DNA from: Nitrospirota bacterium
GTDB taxonomy: Bacteria; Nitrospirota; UBA9217
Direction of reading: 5' to 3'
NCBI GenBank assembly: GCA_963751455.1
Contig: CAVVUN010000008.1
Location: 1 to 64,000, forward strand
Length of the DNA: 64,000 nt
Every line of letters begins with the position of its first letter. Position 1 is the first letter of the stretch. The translations under genes were made by a program, and so were the position numbers. The notes under the pieces are model-generated. The model was not told where the DNA came from, made no database searches, and worked only from the letters and a program-made list of their open reading frames with translations. Below, in pieces: positions 1 to 11,179 of this stretch.

Positions 1-1
1 T

Positions 2-925
2 GTGGACGTACGTTCCTCCGATGAGATCGGCCTGCTGTCCAAGACCCTTCAGGATATGGCGCGTGACCTGAACAAGTCTTACGATGAACTGGAACAAAAG
101 GTCCGGGAGCGCACTGCTGAGCTTTCAGTGGCGAAGGATGCAGCGGAACAATCGCTTGCCGAACTGCAGCAGGCCCAGAAGCAGCTTGTAGAAGCCGAGA
201 AGATGGCCGCGCTGGGCGGACTTGTGGCCGGTATCGCCCACGAAATCAATACCCCGGTCGGTGTCGGCATTACCGCTGCTACTCACCTTCAGGATAAGGT
301 AAATGAATTGTATGCCGGATACAGGGCAGGAACCATCAAAAAGTCCGACCTCGAAAAATTTCTGGAAACATCAGGCGAAATAATCGGCATTACAATCGCG
401 AATCTTCATCGTGCCGCTGAATTGATTTCGAGCTTCAAGCAGGTGGCCGTCGACCAGTCCAGCGAGGACCAAAGAAGATTCCCCTTAAAAAAATATCTGG
501 AGGAGGTGCTTCTCAGCTTGAAGCATGAATATAAACGATCAGGCCATCGGATAGAGGTAACGGGTCCTGACGACCTGGAGGTAGACAGTTATCCGGGTGC
601 AATTTCACAGATCGCAACGAACCTCCTCATGAATTCGCTTATCCATGCTTACGAGAAGGACGATGCCGGCCACATCGTGTTCGACATTCGGCATAGCGAT
701 CACGCTATAACTTTGAAATACTCCGATAACGGCAAGGGGATTCCCAGAGAAAACATCACCAGGATTTTCGATCCCTTCTTCACAACGCGCCGCGGAAAGG
801 GCGGCAGCGGTCTCGGCATGCACATCGTTTACAATCTCGTAACAAGCAAACTCAAGGGATCCATAGCCTGTGAAAGCGAGCTCGGAAAAGGAACGAGCTT
901 TACGATCCTTTTTCCTCCTGGTTGA
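2..925 (+). CDS. Sensor histidine kinase, C-terminal part (HAMP end, HisKA, HATPase_c); 5' truncated by window
   Basis: DEIGLL HAMP tail, H-box AGIAHEINTP, N-box NLLMNSLIHA, G1 DNGKGI, F-box IFDPFFTT, G2 GSGLGM. Confidence 0.93.
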   Translation: MDVRSSDEIGLLSKTLQDMARDLNKSYDELEQKVRERTAELSVAKDAAEQSLAELQQAQKQLVEAEKMAALGGLVAGIAHEINTPVGVGITAATHLQDKVNELYAGYRAGTIKKSDLEKFLETSGEIIGITIANLHRAAELISSFKQVAVDQSSEDQRRFPLKKYLEEVLLSLKHEYKRSGHRIEVTGPDDLEVDSYPGAISQIATNLLMNSLIHAYEKDDAGHIVFDIRHSDHAITLKYSDNGKGIPRENITRIFDPFFTTRRGKGGSGLGMHIVYNLVTSKLKGSIACESELGKGTSFTILFPPG

Positions 926-1005
926 GCCGCTTTGATCCGGCGTCAATGCTGTCAGCCGGCCCCTTTTAATTCTCCGCCCACTTGCCCGCACGCCCTGCAA
1001 GAACT

Positions 1006-1033
1006 TTGCAATAAGGGATTTTTGTGCTATAAT
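1006..1033 (+). promoter_or_regulatory. Putative sigma70 promoter with extended -10
   Basis: TTGCAA (1006-1011), 16 bp spacer, TG-c-TATAAT (1025-1033); AGGAG RBS ahead of ATG 1073. Confidence 0.55.
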
Positions 1034-1072
1034 TCGGCACTTGAATCAGGCATTCAATAACAGGAGTCGGTA

Positions 1073-1432
1073 ATGGAGAGAGTACGGTTTATACAGCACC
1101 AGGGAAAGGAAATACTGTTGCTCGATTTTTCGGAGTGCAAACCCGATGAGTCATATCAGGTCATTGAAAAGGCCAAAACGTTGATAGCTACGAGGCCGCA
1201 GCAATCGCTTCTCACGCTGACTGACGTAACGAATATTCGTTTTGACAATAAATTAGCTGAACGAATGAAGGAGTTTACCGCTCATAATAAGCCCTTCGTA
1301 AAAGCCGCGGCAGTCGTAGGAGTGACCGGGCTGAAAAAGATCCTCTTCGAAGCGATCATGATCTTCTCCAAGCGCAAACTGCACGCTTTTGAAACTCATG
1401 ACCAGGCCAAGGAATGGCTGGTCTCTCATTAG
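1073..1432 (+). CDS. Small STAS/SpoIIAA-like hypothetical protein
   Basis: 119 aa with RBS; pattern EILLLDFS...LLTLTDVT...AAAVVG...AF.T...AKEWL typical of STAS/SEC14-like small proteins. Confidence 0.6.
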   Translation: MERVRFIQHQGKEILLLDFSECKPDESYQVIEKAKTLIATRPQQSLLTLTDVTNIRFDNKLAERMKEFTAHNKPFVKAAAVVGVTGLKKILFEAIMIFSKRKLHAFETHDQAKEWLVSH

Positions 1433-1491
1433 CGTATCGATGTGCCAGCCTATCGTTTGCCACACGCTGAAGCCTTCCTTATCGATAATCG

Positions 1492-1521
1492 TTGACAATG
1501 CAGATCCTTCTGGCTTACAAT
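1492..1521 (+). promoter_or_regulatory. Putative sigma70 promoter
   Basis: TTGACA (1492-1497), 18 bp spacer, TACAAT (1516-1521) upstream of ORF 1557. Confidence 0.5.
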
Positions 1522-1556
1522 ACGCCGTTCATTAAGAGGAAAAGGCTGGGAATCAA

Positions 1557-1949
1557 ATGAAAAAGAAAAATAAAGAAAATAATAAAGAAGAGATGCCCGA
1601 ATTCGCCTTCAAGCAGTTTACGCCGGAGGAAAGCAAAATTTACGAGGACGCGGTAAACAAGTTTCGCGAGGCGATAACTGCGGGGAAAACGCTGAAGGAC
1701 GCATATAATAGTTACGCTGTGGATGATGCAGACTTACGGTCTCTTATCCAGGCAGATTTTCTGAAAATCCTGATCGCAGAACGGCATTTCGGCAAAGGCC
1801 AGCCGCTCGAGCAGATCGCTCAGGCGCTATCCGTCCCCCACGAACTGATGCTCAGTACGAAGAAGCGCATGCTGCAGGAAGTGGGCATTACGGCTGCCAC
1901 CCAGTTCGGCCAGGAGCACGGATCGCTATCGCCGAAGACCGACGACTGA
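1557..1949 (+). CDS. Hypothetical protein, possible C-terminal HTH-like segment
   Basis: 130 aa ORF downstream of a promoter; LEQIAQALSVPHELM resembles an HTH. Confidence 0.6.
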   Translation: MKKKNKENNKEEMPEFAFKQFTPEESKIYEDAVNKFREAITAGKTLKDAYNSYAVDDADLRSLIQADFLKILIAERHFGKGQPLEQIAQALSVPHELMLSTKKRMLQEVGITAATQFGQEHGSLSPKTDD

Positions 1950-1960
1950 GCGGTGTTAAA

Positions 1961-2016
1961 GAAGTTTAGTGGTTAAGTAGTTATAACTCAACGACTCGAC
2001 GACTTAACGACTCAAC
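1961..2016. repeat. Inverted arrangement of octamer tandem repeats between convergent genes
   Basis: ACTCAACG-ACTCGACG-ACTTAACG-ACTCAACC preceded by complementary-type units AGTTTAGT-GGTTAAGT. Confidence 0.65.
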
Positions 2017-2030
2017 CTTTGTTCAAAGGA

Positions 2031-3602
2031 CTACTCCCATTCAATCGTGCTCGGGGGCTTGGAAGAGATGTCGAAGCAGACACGGTTCACGCCTTTCACT
2101 TCGTTGATGATCCGGTTAGACATGATCCCGAGAAGCTCATAGGGGATTTTTGCCCAGTCGGCAGTCATACCGTCCTGGCTGGTTACTGCGCGGATGGCAA
2201 CGACGTTCTCATAGGTCCGCTCATCGCCCATTACGCCGACAGTCTTGATTGGCAATAAAACGGCAAATGACTGCCAGATTTCCTTATAGAGTCCCGCCTT
2301 CTTGATCTCCTCGATAACGATGGCGTCTGCCGAACGGAGTATAGCGAGCCTCGCTTCAGTCACCTCTCCCAAAATCCGTATGGCGAGTCCGGGACCGGGA
2401 AACGGCTGACGGTCAATGATCTCATCCGGCATCTTCATCTCGCGGCCGATTGCGCGCACCTCGTCCTTGAAAAGTTCCCGCAGCGGCTCCACCAGTTTCA
2501 GCTTCATCTTCTCCGGAAGGCCGCCCACGTTATGATGGGACTTGATTATGGCCGATGGACCTTTGAATGAGACGCTCTCGATTACGTCGGGGTAGAGAGT
2601 GCCCTGTACCAGATACTGGGCTCCACCGACTGCGTGGGCTTCACGTTCGAACACTTCGATAAAAGTGTTACCGATGATCTTCCTTTTTTTCTCCGGGTCC
2701 TCGACACCTTTCAACTTGCCCAGAAAGTCCGCGGATGCATCTACATACTTCAGGTTCAACCCCATATCTTTGAACGAGTGCTGCACCTTTTCCGCCTCGT
2801 CTTTTCTCAGGACCCCGTTGTTCACGAATATGCAGGTCAGCTGTTTACCGATCGCCTTATGGACCAGCACTGCCGCTACCGATGAATCCACACCGCCTGA
2901 GAGTCCGCAGACTGCCTGGCTGTTTCCGACCGCCTTTTGTATCTCTGATACGGAATAATCCACGAATGAAGCCATGGTCCACGAAGGCTTGCACCCGCAA
3001 ATTTCGTACACAAAGTTCCTCAGGATCTGGACCCCCTGCGGTGTATGCACAACCTCGGGATGGAACTGGACACCGAAGAACTTCCGTCTTTCATCCGCCA
3101 TTGCCGCTGTCGGCGAATTGCCGGTGTGCGCGATGGCCGTGAAGCAATCCGGCATCTTCTCGATCCGGTCCCCATGGCTCATCCAGACGACCGTTCCGAG
3201 GTCGGAGTTCGGAGTTCGGAGTTTTTCACCGATATTCTTAAAAAGACCGGCAGCGGCATCGATAACCAAATCCGCCTTGCCGAACTCGCGCTTGGAGGAT
3301 TTTGCGACCTGCCCCCCGAGCACGTGGGTCAACAGCTGCATACCATAACAGATCCCGAGCACCGGCACGCCCAGTTCAAGGTGCGCTTTATCGATAAGCG
3401 GCGCGCCTGCATCGTATACGCTGGACGGCCCTCCCGAAAAAATCATGCCCTTTGGCCTGAAGGCCTTCACCTTCTCCAGTCCCGCGTTGTACGGGAATAT
3501 CTCGCAATAAACCTTTGCTTCGCGGACACGCCGCGCAATGAGCTGCGTGTACTGGGAACCGAAGTCAAGAATCAGGATTCGTTCACTATGGATGTCGGAC
3601 AC
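2031..3602 (-). CDS. guaA: GMP synthase (glutamine-hydrolysing)
   Basis: [57 protein letters not shown]-terminal [10 protein letters not shown]. Confidence 0.99.
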   Translation of the reverse strand: MSDIHSERILILDFGSQYTQLIARRVREAKVYCEIFPYNAGLEKVKAFRPKGMIFSGGPSSVYDAGAPLIDKAHLELGVPVLGICYGMQLLTHVLGGQVAKSSKREFGKADLVIDAAAGLFKNIGEKLRTPNSDLGTVVWMSHGDRIEKMPDCFTAIAHTGNSPTAAMADERRKFFGVQFHPEVVHTPQGVQILRNFVYEICGCKPSWTMASFVDYSVSEIQKAVGNSQAVCGLSGGVDSSVAAVLVHKAIGKQLTCIFVNNGVLRKDEAEKVQHSFKDMGLNLKYVDASADFLGKLKGVEDPEKKRKIIGNTFIEVFEREAHAVGGAQYLVQGTLYPDVIESVSFKGPSAIIKSHHNVGGLPEKMKLKLVEPLRELFKDEVRAIGREMKMPDEIIDRQPFPGPGLAIRILGEVTEARLAILRSADAIVIEEIKKAGLYKEIWQSFAVLLPIKTVGVMGDERTYENVVAIRAVTSQDGMTADWAKIPYELLGIMSNRIINEVKGVNRVCFDISSKPPSTIEWE

Positions 3603-3839
3603 GGAGAAACCCCTTTCAGAAGAAAATATGGAGGATATTACCGCAGGGAATGGAGTTAGTCAATCGAAGATTATCGGGTACGTCGGGCCATCGAAAGAAA
3701 CGATTACCGTAAAACTAAATGTGGTTGAATGCCGAGAATACTTCGAGAGGTAGGTCGATCAAACCGACGTGGTCTCGCATAAAGAGAATTTGTAAAACTC
3801 GGCTTGACAATCCGATCTGTCTCCGTTTATTATCAAAAT

Positions 3840-4595
3840 ATGGTGCTGTCGGCATATCAGCAACTGCAGGAAAAAGCGGTCGAAGTTGCACGATCGCTTC
3901 CGCGCCCCTTGTTTTACCGGAACCATGCAACCGAGCTGCGCAGGACTGAAGAAGCGCTCGGAACCAACGATTTCATCCTCAAATGCAGAGCTCATCTGGA
4001 ACAGTCGCAGCTTGAATGCGCTCATGGACTCTGCCACTGTGAGGCGGTTGCACGCGATGCGGGCGTAATCGTACTGATTGAATCGACCGGTCTTAACCTG
4101 GATGAGGCGGAGATCGAGTCTCTTTTCGTCACCTCTATCGTTGCCGGACTGCTCCACGATATCAAACGAAGGGAGCAGGACCATGCCATACGGGGCAGTA
4201 TCGAAGCTGAAAAAATTTTAACGAAGCTCGGAATGGGTCTGCGGGAGCGGCAATATGTCGCGGATGCAATCAGGAATCACGAGGCATTTCAGGAAACGTA
4301 TGACCGGGACGATACCGCCGGAAGGCTGGTGAGCGACGCGCTGTATGACGCAGACAAGTTCAGATGGGGACCGGAAAATTTCACAACCACACTCTGGCTC
4401 ATGGTCGAGGCGCATGAGACACCGCCCGTATCGCTGCATGGAATGTTCCGCGAAAAAATGAAGGGCATTGAAAAAATAAAGGAAACGTTCCGGACCGAAA
4501 CCGGCAGGCAGTACGGCCCGGAATTTATTGATCAGGGAATCACCATTGGAAATGCGATCTATGATGAAATGACGCTGTTACTCGGCGCAAGCTAG
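3840..4595 (+). CDS. HD-domain metal-dependent phosphohydrolase
   Basis: HGLCH...LLHDIK...DHA...IRNHE...LYDADK motifs; ATG 3840 preferred because the ORF-track start at 3804 is the TTG of a TTGACA -35 box. Confidence 0.85.
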   Translation: MVLSAYQQLQEKAVEVARSLPRPLFYRNHATELRRTEEALGTNDFILKCRAHLEQSQLECAHGLCHCEAVARDAGVIVLIESTGLNLDEAEIESLFVTSIVAGLLHDIKRREQDHAIRGSIEAEKILTKLGMGLRERQYVADAIRNHEAFQETYDRDDTAGRLVSDALYDADKFRWGPENFTTTLWLMVEAHETPPVSLHGMFREKMKGIEKIKETFRTETGRQYGPEFIDQGITIGNAIYDEMTLLLGAS

Positions 4596-4622
4596 GCGGT
4601 ACTCTCCTTACTCCCGGCTTCG

Positions 4623-5516
4623 TTACTCCTGCCCCTCTTTGTTCCCATACACTTTCCTCATGATTGCGTCTGCCCGGTCTTTGCGGGCCTCAACGACGCC
4701 TTCCTTGAACGGTAGCGTCTCCTCCGCAAACATAGCGGACCTGAGCCATTCATACGCCAGTTTCAGAAGCTCCGCGTCATCGGTCCGGACCTTTTCAATG
4801 CGCTCCGCGGGAATATCATACGTTTCCAGGAAGCTGCTTCCGAAAACGAATTCCCTGAAATAGTCCGTGTTCGTAGTGATCATGAAGAACATCTGGTTCT
4901 TGATCTCCGGGAATTCCCGTTCACCGAACGACTTTTTCTTGATCAGGATCTCCATCCAGCCGCGGTTCATGTCGTCGTACAGGTCGGCCTCCTGGTCCTT
5001 TCGCCACTCATCGATGGTCCATTGCTTGTCCTCTTCAAACCCCTTGCAGTGGTCTTCCTTGACCATAAAATAGAATTCATCCTTACCGCCCTCTGCCTCT
5101 TTTTTTCTCAGGGTAGCCATGCCTACCGGATAATAGCGGCAGGTATTAGGCCGGTCCTCATAGACGGTACAGCCGTCAGGCGTGAGAAAAGGGCAGCTTT
5201 TTTTATCGTCTTTCTGCATCTTTATCGTTATAACAGGAAGAAGCGTTTTGGCAAGAATTTCGATATCGCAGTACTTGTTGATGAAGTCCTCCGCAGTCAT
5301 TCCGAGCCGCTTGCGCAGCCTGAGAAGATCATACGGCGGAAGTACGATATTGATATTGCTGCAGCAGGCTGTAAAACATTTAACGCCCTTATGGCAACGG
5401 AACTTGAACCGGCTGCTGCCTGTCAGCTTGACCGGGACAACCTTGTCGGTATTGCTTTTTTTCAAAGGTTCGATCTCGATTTCTTCCGGTTTCATCTCTT
5501 CGTTTTGTTCTTTCAT
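4623..5516 (-). CDS. YkgJ family cysteine-cluster (CxxCxxCC) protein
   Basis: FRCHKGVKCFTACC and CPFLTPDGCTVYEDRPNTCRYYP. Confidence 0.9.
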   Translation of the reverse strand: MKEQNEEMKPEEIEIEPLKKSNTDKVVPVKLTGSSRFKFRCHKGVKCFTACCSNINIVLPPYDLLRLRKRLGMTAEDFINKYCDIEILAKTLLPVITIKMQKDDKKSCPFLTPDGCTVYEDRPNTCRYYPVGMATLRKKEAEGGKDEFYFMVKEDHCKGFEEDKQWTIDEWRKDQEADLYDDMNRGWMEILIKKKSFGEREFPEIKNQMFFMITTNTDYFREFVFGSSFLETYDIPAERIEKVRTDDAELLKLAYEWLRSAMFAEETLPFKEGVVEARKDRADAIMRKVYGNKEGQE

Positions 5517-5568
5517 GATACCCCTTCCGATGCCGAAAACGGCGTCCCGCCATTGCGGGACTTGAATT

Positions 5569-6090
5569 TCACTTCATAAATCCCTGTATCTCGTGGTGCT
5601 GACGTATGAACAGTTCAACGCACTCATGCTCAAATCCGAGCATCCGTTTGAACCGTTCGAGCGCTTCTTGAAACGACATCTCCCGTACTCCGCTTGTGAG
5701 ATTGTCGGCATAGGATACTATCTTCTCTTCCGCGGTCAGGGGCAGATAATCCTTCCGGGGCAAACCGAGCCGTGCCGCTTCAGACGCCGTGATTCCCGCT
5801 CCAATGTGACGCTCGATCACAGTGAGAAGCGCGCCGGAAAAACCAAATTTACGGCCGATCCCGACTCCGGTGAGTGCATGTTCGATACCATGTGTCTTTG
5901 ACCTTCCGATATCATGGAAGAGTCCGCCCTGCCGCACCAGTTCGCGGTCTATCGGCATCTTCACGTTTTCGGCAATGTTCTGGGCCATCCTCGAGACGGC
6001 TATACAGTGCGCCACAACGTCCGGGGAGCACCCTGCTTCCTTCAAAATTTTCACGTCTTGAATATGCGCACCAGGGACCTGTGAAATCAA
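5569..6090 (-). CDS. HDIG-domain protein (TIGR00295-like)
   Basis: VVAHC...LFHDIGRSKTHGIEHA...IERHIGAG...EEKIVSYADN. Confidence 0.88.
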   Translation of the reverse strand: MISQVPGAHIQDVKILKEAGCSPDVVAHCIAVSRMAQNIAENVKMPIDRELVRQGGLFHDIGRSKTHGIEHALTGVGIGRKFGFSGALLTVIERHIGAGITASEAARLGLPRKDYLPLTAEEKIVSYADNLTSGVREMSFQEALERFKRMLGFEHECVELFIRQHHEIQGFMK

Positions 6091-6165
6091 AACATACCTG
6101 CTTTATCCGGCTTGTTTATTCAACCAGCGGAAATAATACCACTTTTATTTAGAATTGGAAACCAA

Positions 6166-6338
6166 TTATCCTGAAAAAAGCAGTTGGACACGGATAAAAT
6201 CCGATCAACACGGATTTATAGGAAGTTACGAACAGTAATGGATTCACCCAAAAGGCGAGATGGCTTTTTGCTCTATCACATTGTTTTGATCCGCTGTTTC
6301 CGTGTTCATCCGTGTTCAAATGCCGTTTTTAGGATTAT
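6166..6338. repeat. Miniature inverted-repeat element with ACACGGAT/ATCCGTGT 10-bp-period arms
   Basis: TTGGACACGGAT (6184-6195) vs ATCCGTGTTCAA (6308-6319); the imperfect IR extends outward through ATCCTGAAAAAAGCAG / TGCCGTTTTTAGGAT. Confidence 0.7.
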
Positions 6339-6382
6339 AAACATGCGGGGGTATCCCGGTTTTTCCATTTAGCTTCCTGTGC

Positions 6383-6903
6383 CTACTTGCCCAACTTGAT
6401 CATGATCGGAACCATCAGAAGCGTTACGATGTTAATGACCTTGATCATGGGATTGATCGCCGGACCTGCCGTATCCTTGTACGGTTCGCCGACGGTATCT
6501 CCGGTCACCGCAGCCTGATGTGCGGGGCTTTTCTTGCCGCCATAAATGCCGTCCTCGATGAACTTCTTGGCGTTGTCCCACGCGCCGCCACCGCTTGTCA
6601 TTGCAATGGCCTGGAACAGCCCGGTTAGAATGCTTCCGATCAGCACTCCGCCGAAGGCCTCCCTGCCGCAACCCATATTCGAGGCGGGAATGAAGATCAT
6701 GAGAATCACCGGAATAACCGCAACGATAGCGACAGTTGTATTCACGGCGAGGAAGGCGTACGCGCCTTCTTTCACCGCATCCGAAATCTGCCCCATGCGG
6801 TCATTCCCTGCATCCTGCCTGTTCACCCAATGGGCGCGGTCAAGATGCCGTACACCAGGCCGGCAAACCCGCAGAAAAGGGCGAAAAAAATTGTGTTGCT
6901 CAT
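6383..6903 (-). pseudogene. hppA: Internally deleted second membrane H+-pyrophosphatase gene
   Basis: Own AGGAG RBS and ATG at 6903; N-terminus ([28 protein letters not shown]) fused directly to C-terminus (GGAWDNAKK...[21 protein letters not shown]); frameshift near 6830; about 550 central residues missing. Confidence 0.85.
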
Positions 6904-7035
6904 TGATCGTCTCCTGATTTTTTTCCCGGTTCTATAAGAGCGTGAATTTTTTGACTCAGGAAACACATGTTCAGCATATGCAGGAGCCACAAAACAGGAG
7001 ACGCGCTGTCACGCTATAATGAATCAGTCGCACAC

Positions 7036-7067
7036 AAAAAAGGCTGCCCCGCTTTACGGGGCAGCCT
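7036..7067 (-). terminator. Rho-independent terminator after hppA
   Basis: AGGCTGCCCCG/CGGGGCAGCCT 11-bp stem followed by a T run on the minus strand. Confidence 0.85.
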
Positions 7068-7085
7068 GAGGGAAACGAAGGATTC

Positions 7086-9218
<2,133 letters not shown>

Positions 9219-9361
9219 TTCTTCCTCCTTTAAAATTAGATTATATCGTTCTCATGATTCCGTTTCAATAAATCCTGTCCATCGCGATGCGATGGAGCGC
9301 ACGTACTTAAAGCTTTTCCCCCCAGGCATCCCTCCCTGTCGATCATATTTATGGACATCTA

Positions 9362-9800
9362 TTATGCTTCGAATTTGCCGCCGATGAAATCTTTCAGGTA
9401 GTGATTTTCCGCTTTCAGATTCTTGACCAGGACGCGTGACCACGTCCCGCATGGACAGGAGCCCGAGCAGTCCGCTCTCCTCGACGACCGGGAGGTGACG
9501 GATATTGTTCTGGATCATGATCGCCATGACATAGTCGAGATCGTCGCCCGGCTTCACCACGAGAAGATTCGCGCTCATGACGTCCTTGATCATGATATCC
9601 TTGCAGCTCTTCTGCTCGTTTGCGGAGTTCTTTACGATATCGCGCTCGGTCACAATGCCGACAAGGGATCCCCGGTCCATAACGAGCAGCGCGCCGATAT
9701 TGCATTCCGCCATCTGCTTTGCCGCAGCCTGGAGAGTGTCGGTGCTGTTGATGCTGAAGCACTCAAGTCCTTTGATGCTTAACAGTTCTTTGACTTTCAT
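9362..9800 (-). CDS. CBS-pair domain protein with one apparent +1 frameshift near 9438
   Basis: NIGALLV...LVGIVTERDI, IRHLPVV...LLGLLSMRDVV; removing one base gives VVRVLVKNLKAENHYLKDFIGGKFEA* with TAA at 9362-9364. Confidence 0.88.
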
Positions 9801-9863
9801 GAGAAACTCCGCGTATTCGGGTTAACAGCTGTACTCGGCTTCGGTGAAAGCGGCTCGATCAAT

Positions 9864-11090
9864 TTATGCGCGGCCGGCTGAACGTCCGCCTTCCGTGACT
9901 GTTCCGTGCTTCTTTACTTTCACTTCTCGGCCGGTATATTTCGCAAATACCATGGCCGTCGTCCGGTAGAACAGATGCGCGAACTTGGAATACGGCGCAT
10001 AGGCGAAGAGCGACCATACGAACACAAGATGGAAAAAGTACACGCAGTAGCCGACTTCCATATCAGCAAGCCGGAGCACCCAGGACGCCATGCCCGTAGC
10101 GCCGACGCCGATGACGATCGCAAGGAAGATCCAGTCGAAATAGGAGCCCAGTCCGGCCTTGCCCGCCTGGCCGAGACGGTTCAGCAGGATGATGACGACG
10201 CCGAGGGCAAAGGCGACCGAGCTGACGAGCGCAAGCATCTTCATGGGATCGGTCATCGGATAGGGCGATTCGCCGAAGTTGAATGGTCCGAAGGCCTGGA
10301 TATGAAGAAACTCATGGCCGTAGAGATACGACGATGGCCCAGGTGGTCACGACGGCGAGCCCTGCAAAGGAGTAGAACAGGAGCAGGTGGCCCCACTGCC
10401 GCAGGTCGGTTCACGCTGCAGTCGGCGAACTTCTTGTGAGCCAGGATCGTGGTGACCGCGGGAACGATGTGACCGAAGGGGCTGCCGCTGCCCTGCGCAT
10501 TGCCGGCATTGGCCTTCATGCCGGACCAGAGCCGTTTGATGCCGACGAAGGCCGATACGGCTGCGAAGATCGCCGTCAGAATGAATACCGTCATCGATGA
10601 GCGGAACACGGGCACGAAGATATGATAGGCCATGACCGCGCCTTTTGCCCGCGAGGCAGCCGCAAAAGCTCCGTATTCCCGAGGACCATGATGATCCAAA
10701 GAAGATTGCTGCGGGATAGCGAACAGAAGCCAGATGAGCTTCGGGTCCGTTTGCGATCTTCGCGAAAAGCGGAACCAGCGCCACTTCCTTGATGCTCTGC
10801 TTCCGGATCGCGTTCAGCACTTCGCCGGGCTTTGCGCCGCGCGGGCAGTAGGCCGTGCAGTCGCTGCACTGGTGGCAGAGCCACACATCGGCGCTTGCGA
10901 TCAGCTTGTCCTTCTGGCCCCACTGGGCCAGCACCATTTCCTTGCGCGGGAAGGGATTGCCCTCGGGCGTCACATTGCAGACCACCGAGCAGGTGGCGCA
11001 CTGGTAGCACTTTTTCAGCGACTCGCCGCCGCCCTTGATGATCTCGTTCACGAATTTTAAATCGGGTTTAATGACCGTTGCTTCTGACAT
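9864..11090 (-). CDS. qmoC: QmoC, membrane heme b / Fe-S subunit of the Qmo complex (several apparent frameshifts)
   Basis: N-terminal CYQCATCSVVC and WLCHQCSDCTAYCPRGAKPGEVL, TM segments, C-terminal FFHLVFVW...PYSKFAHLFYR; split over at least three ORFs. Confidence 0.9.
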
Positions 11091-11179
11091 ATATCCTATC
11101 CTCCAATTACTTGTTAGGAGTGCTGTTTTACGCTCTTAACTCCGCATTTCGAATCTCTCGCATCTCCGAATCTCGCCGT

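Noticed and set aside
6184-6372. 62-aa ORF
   Set aside because: It is the translation of the inverted-repeat element and has no RBS.
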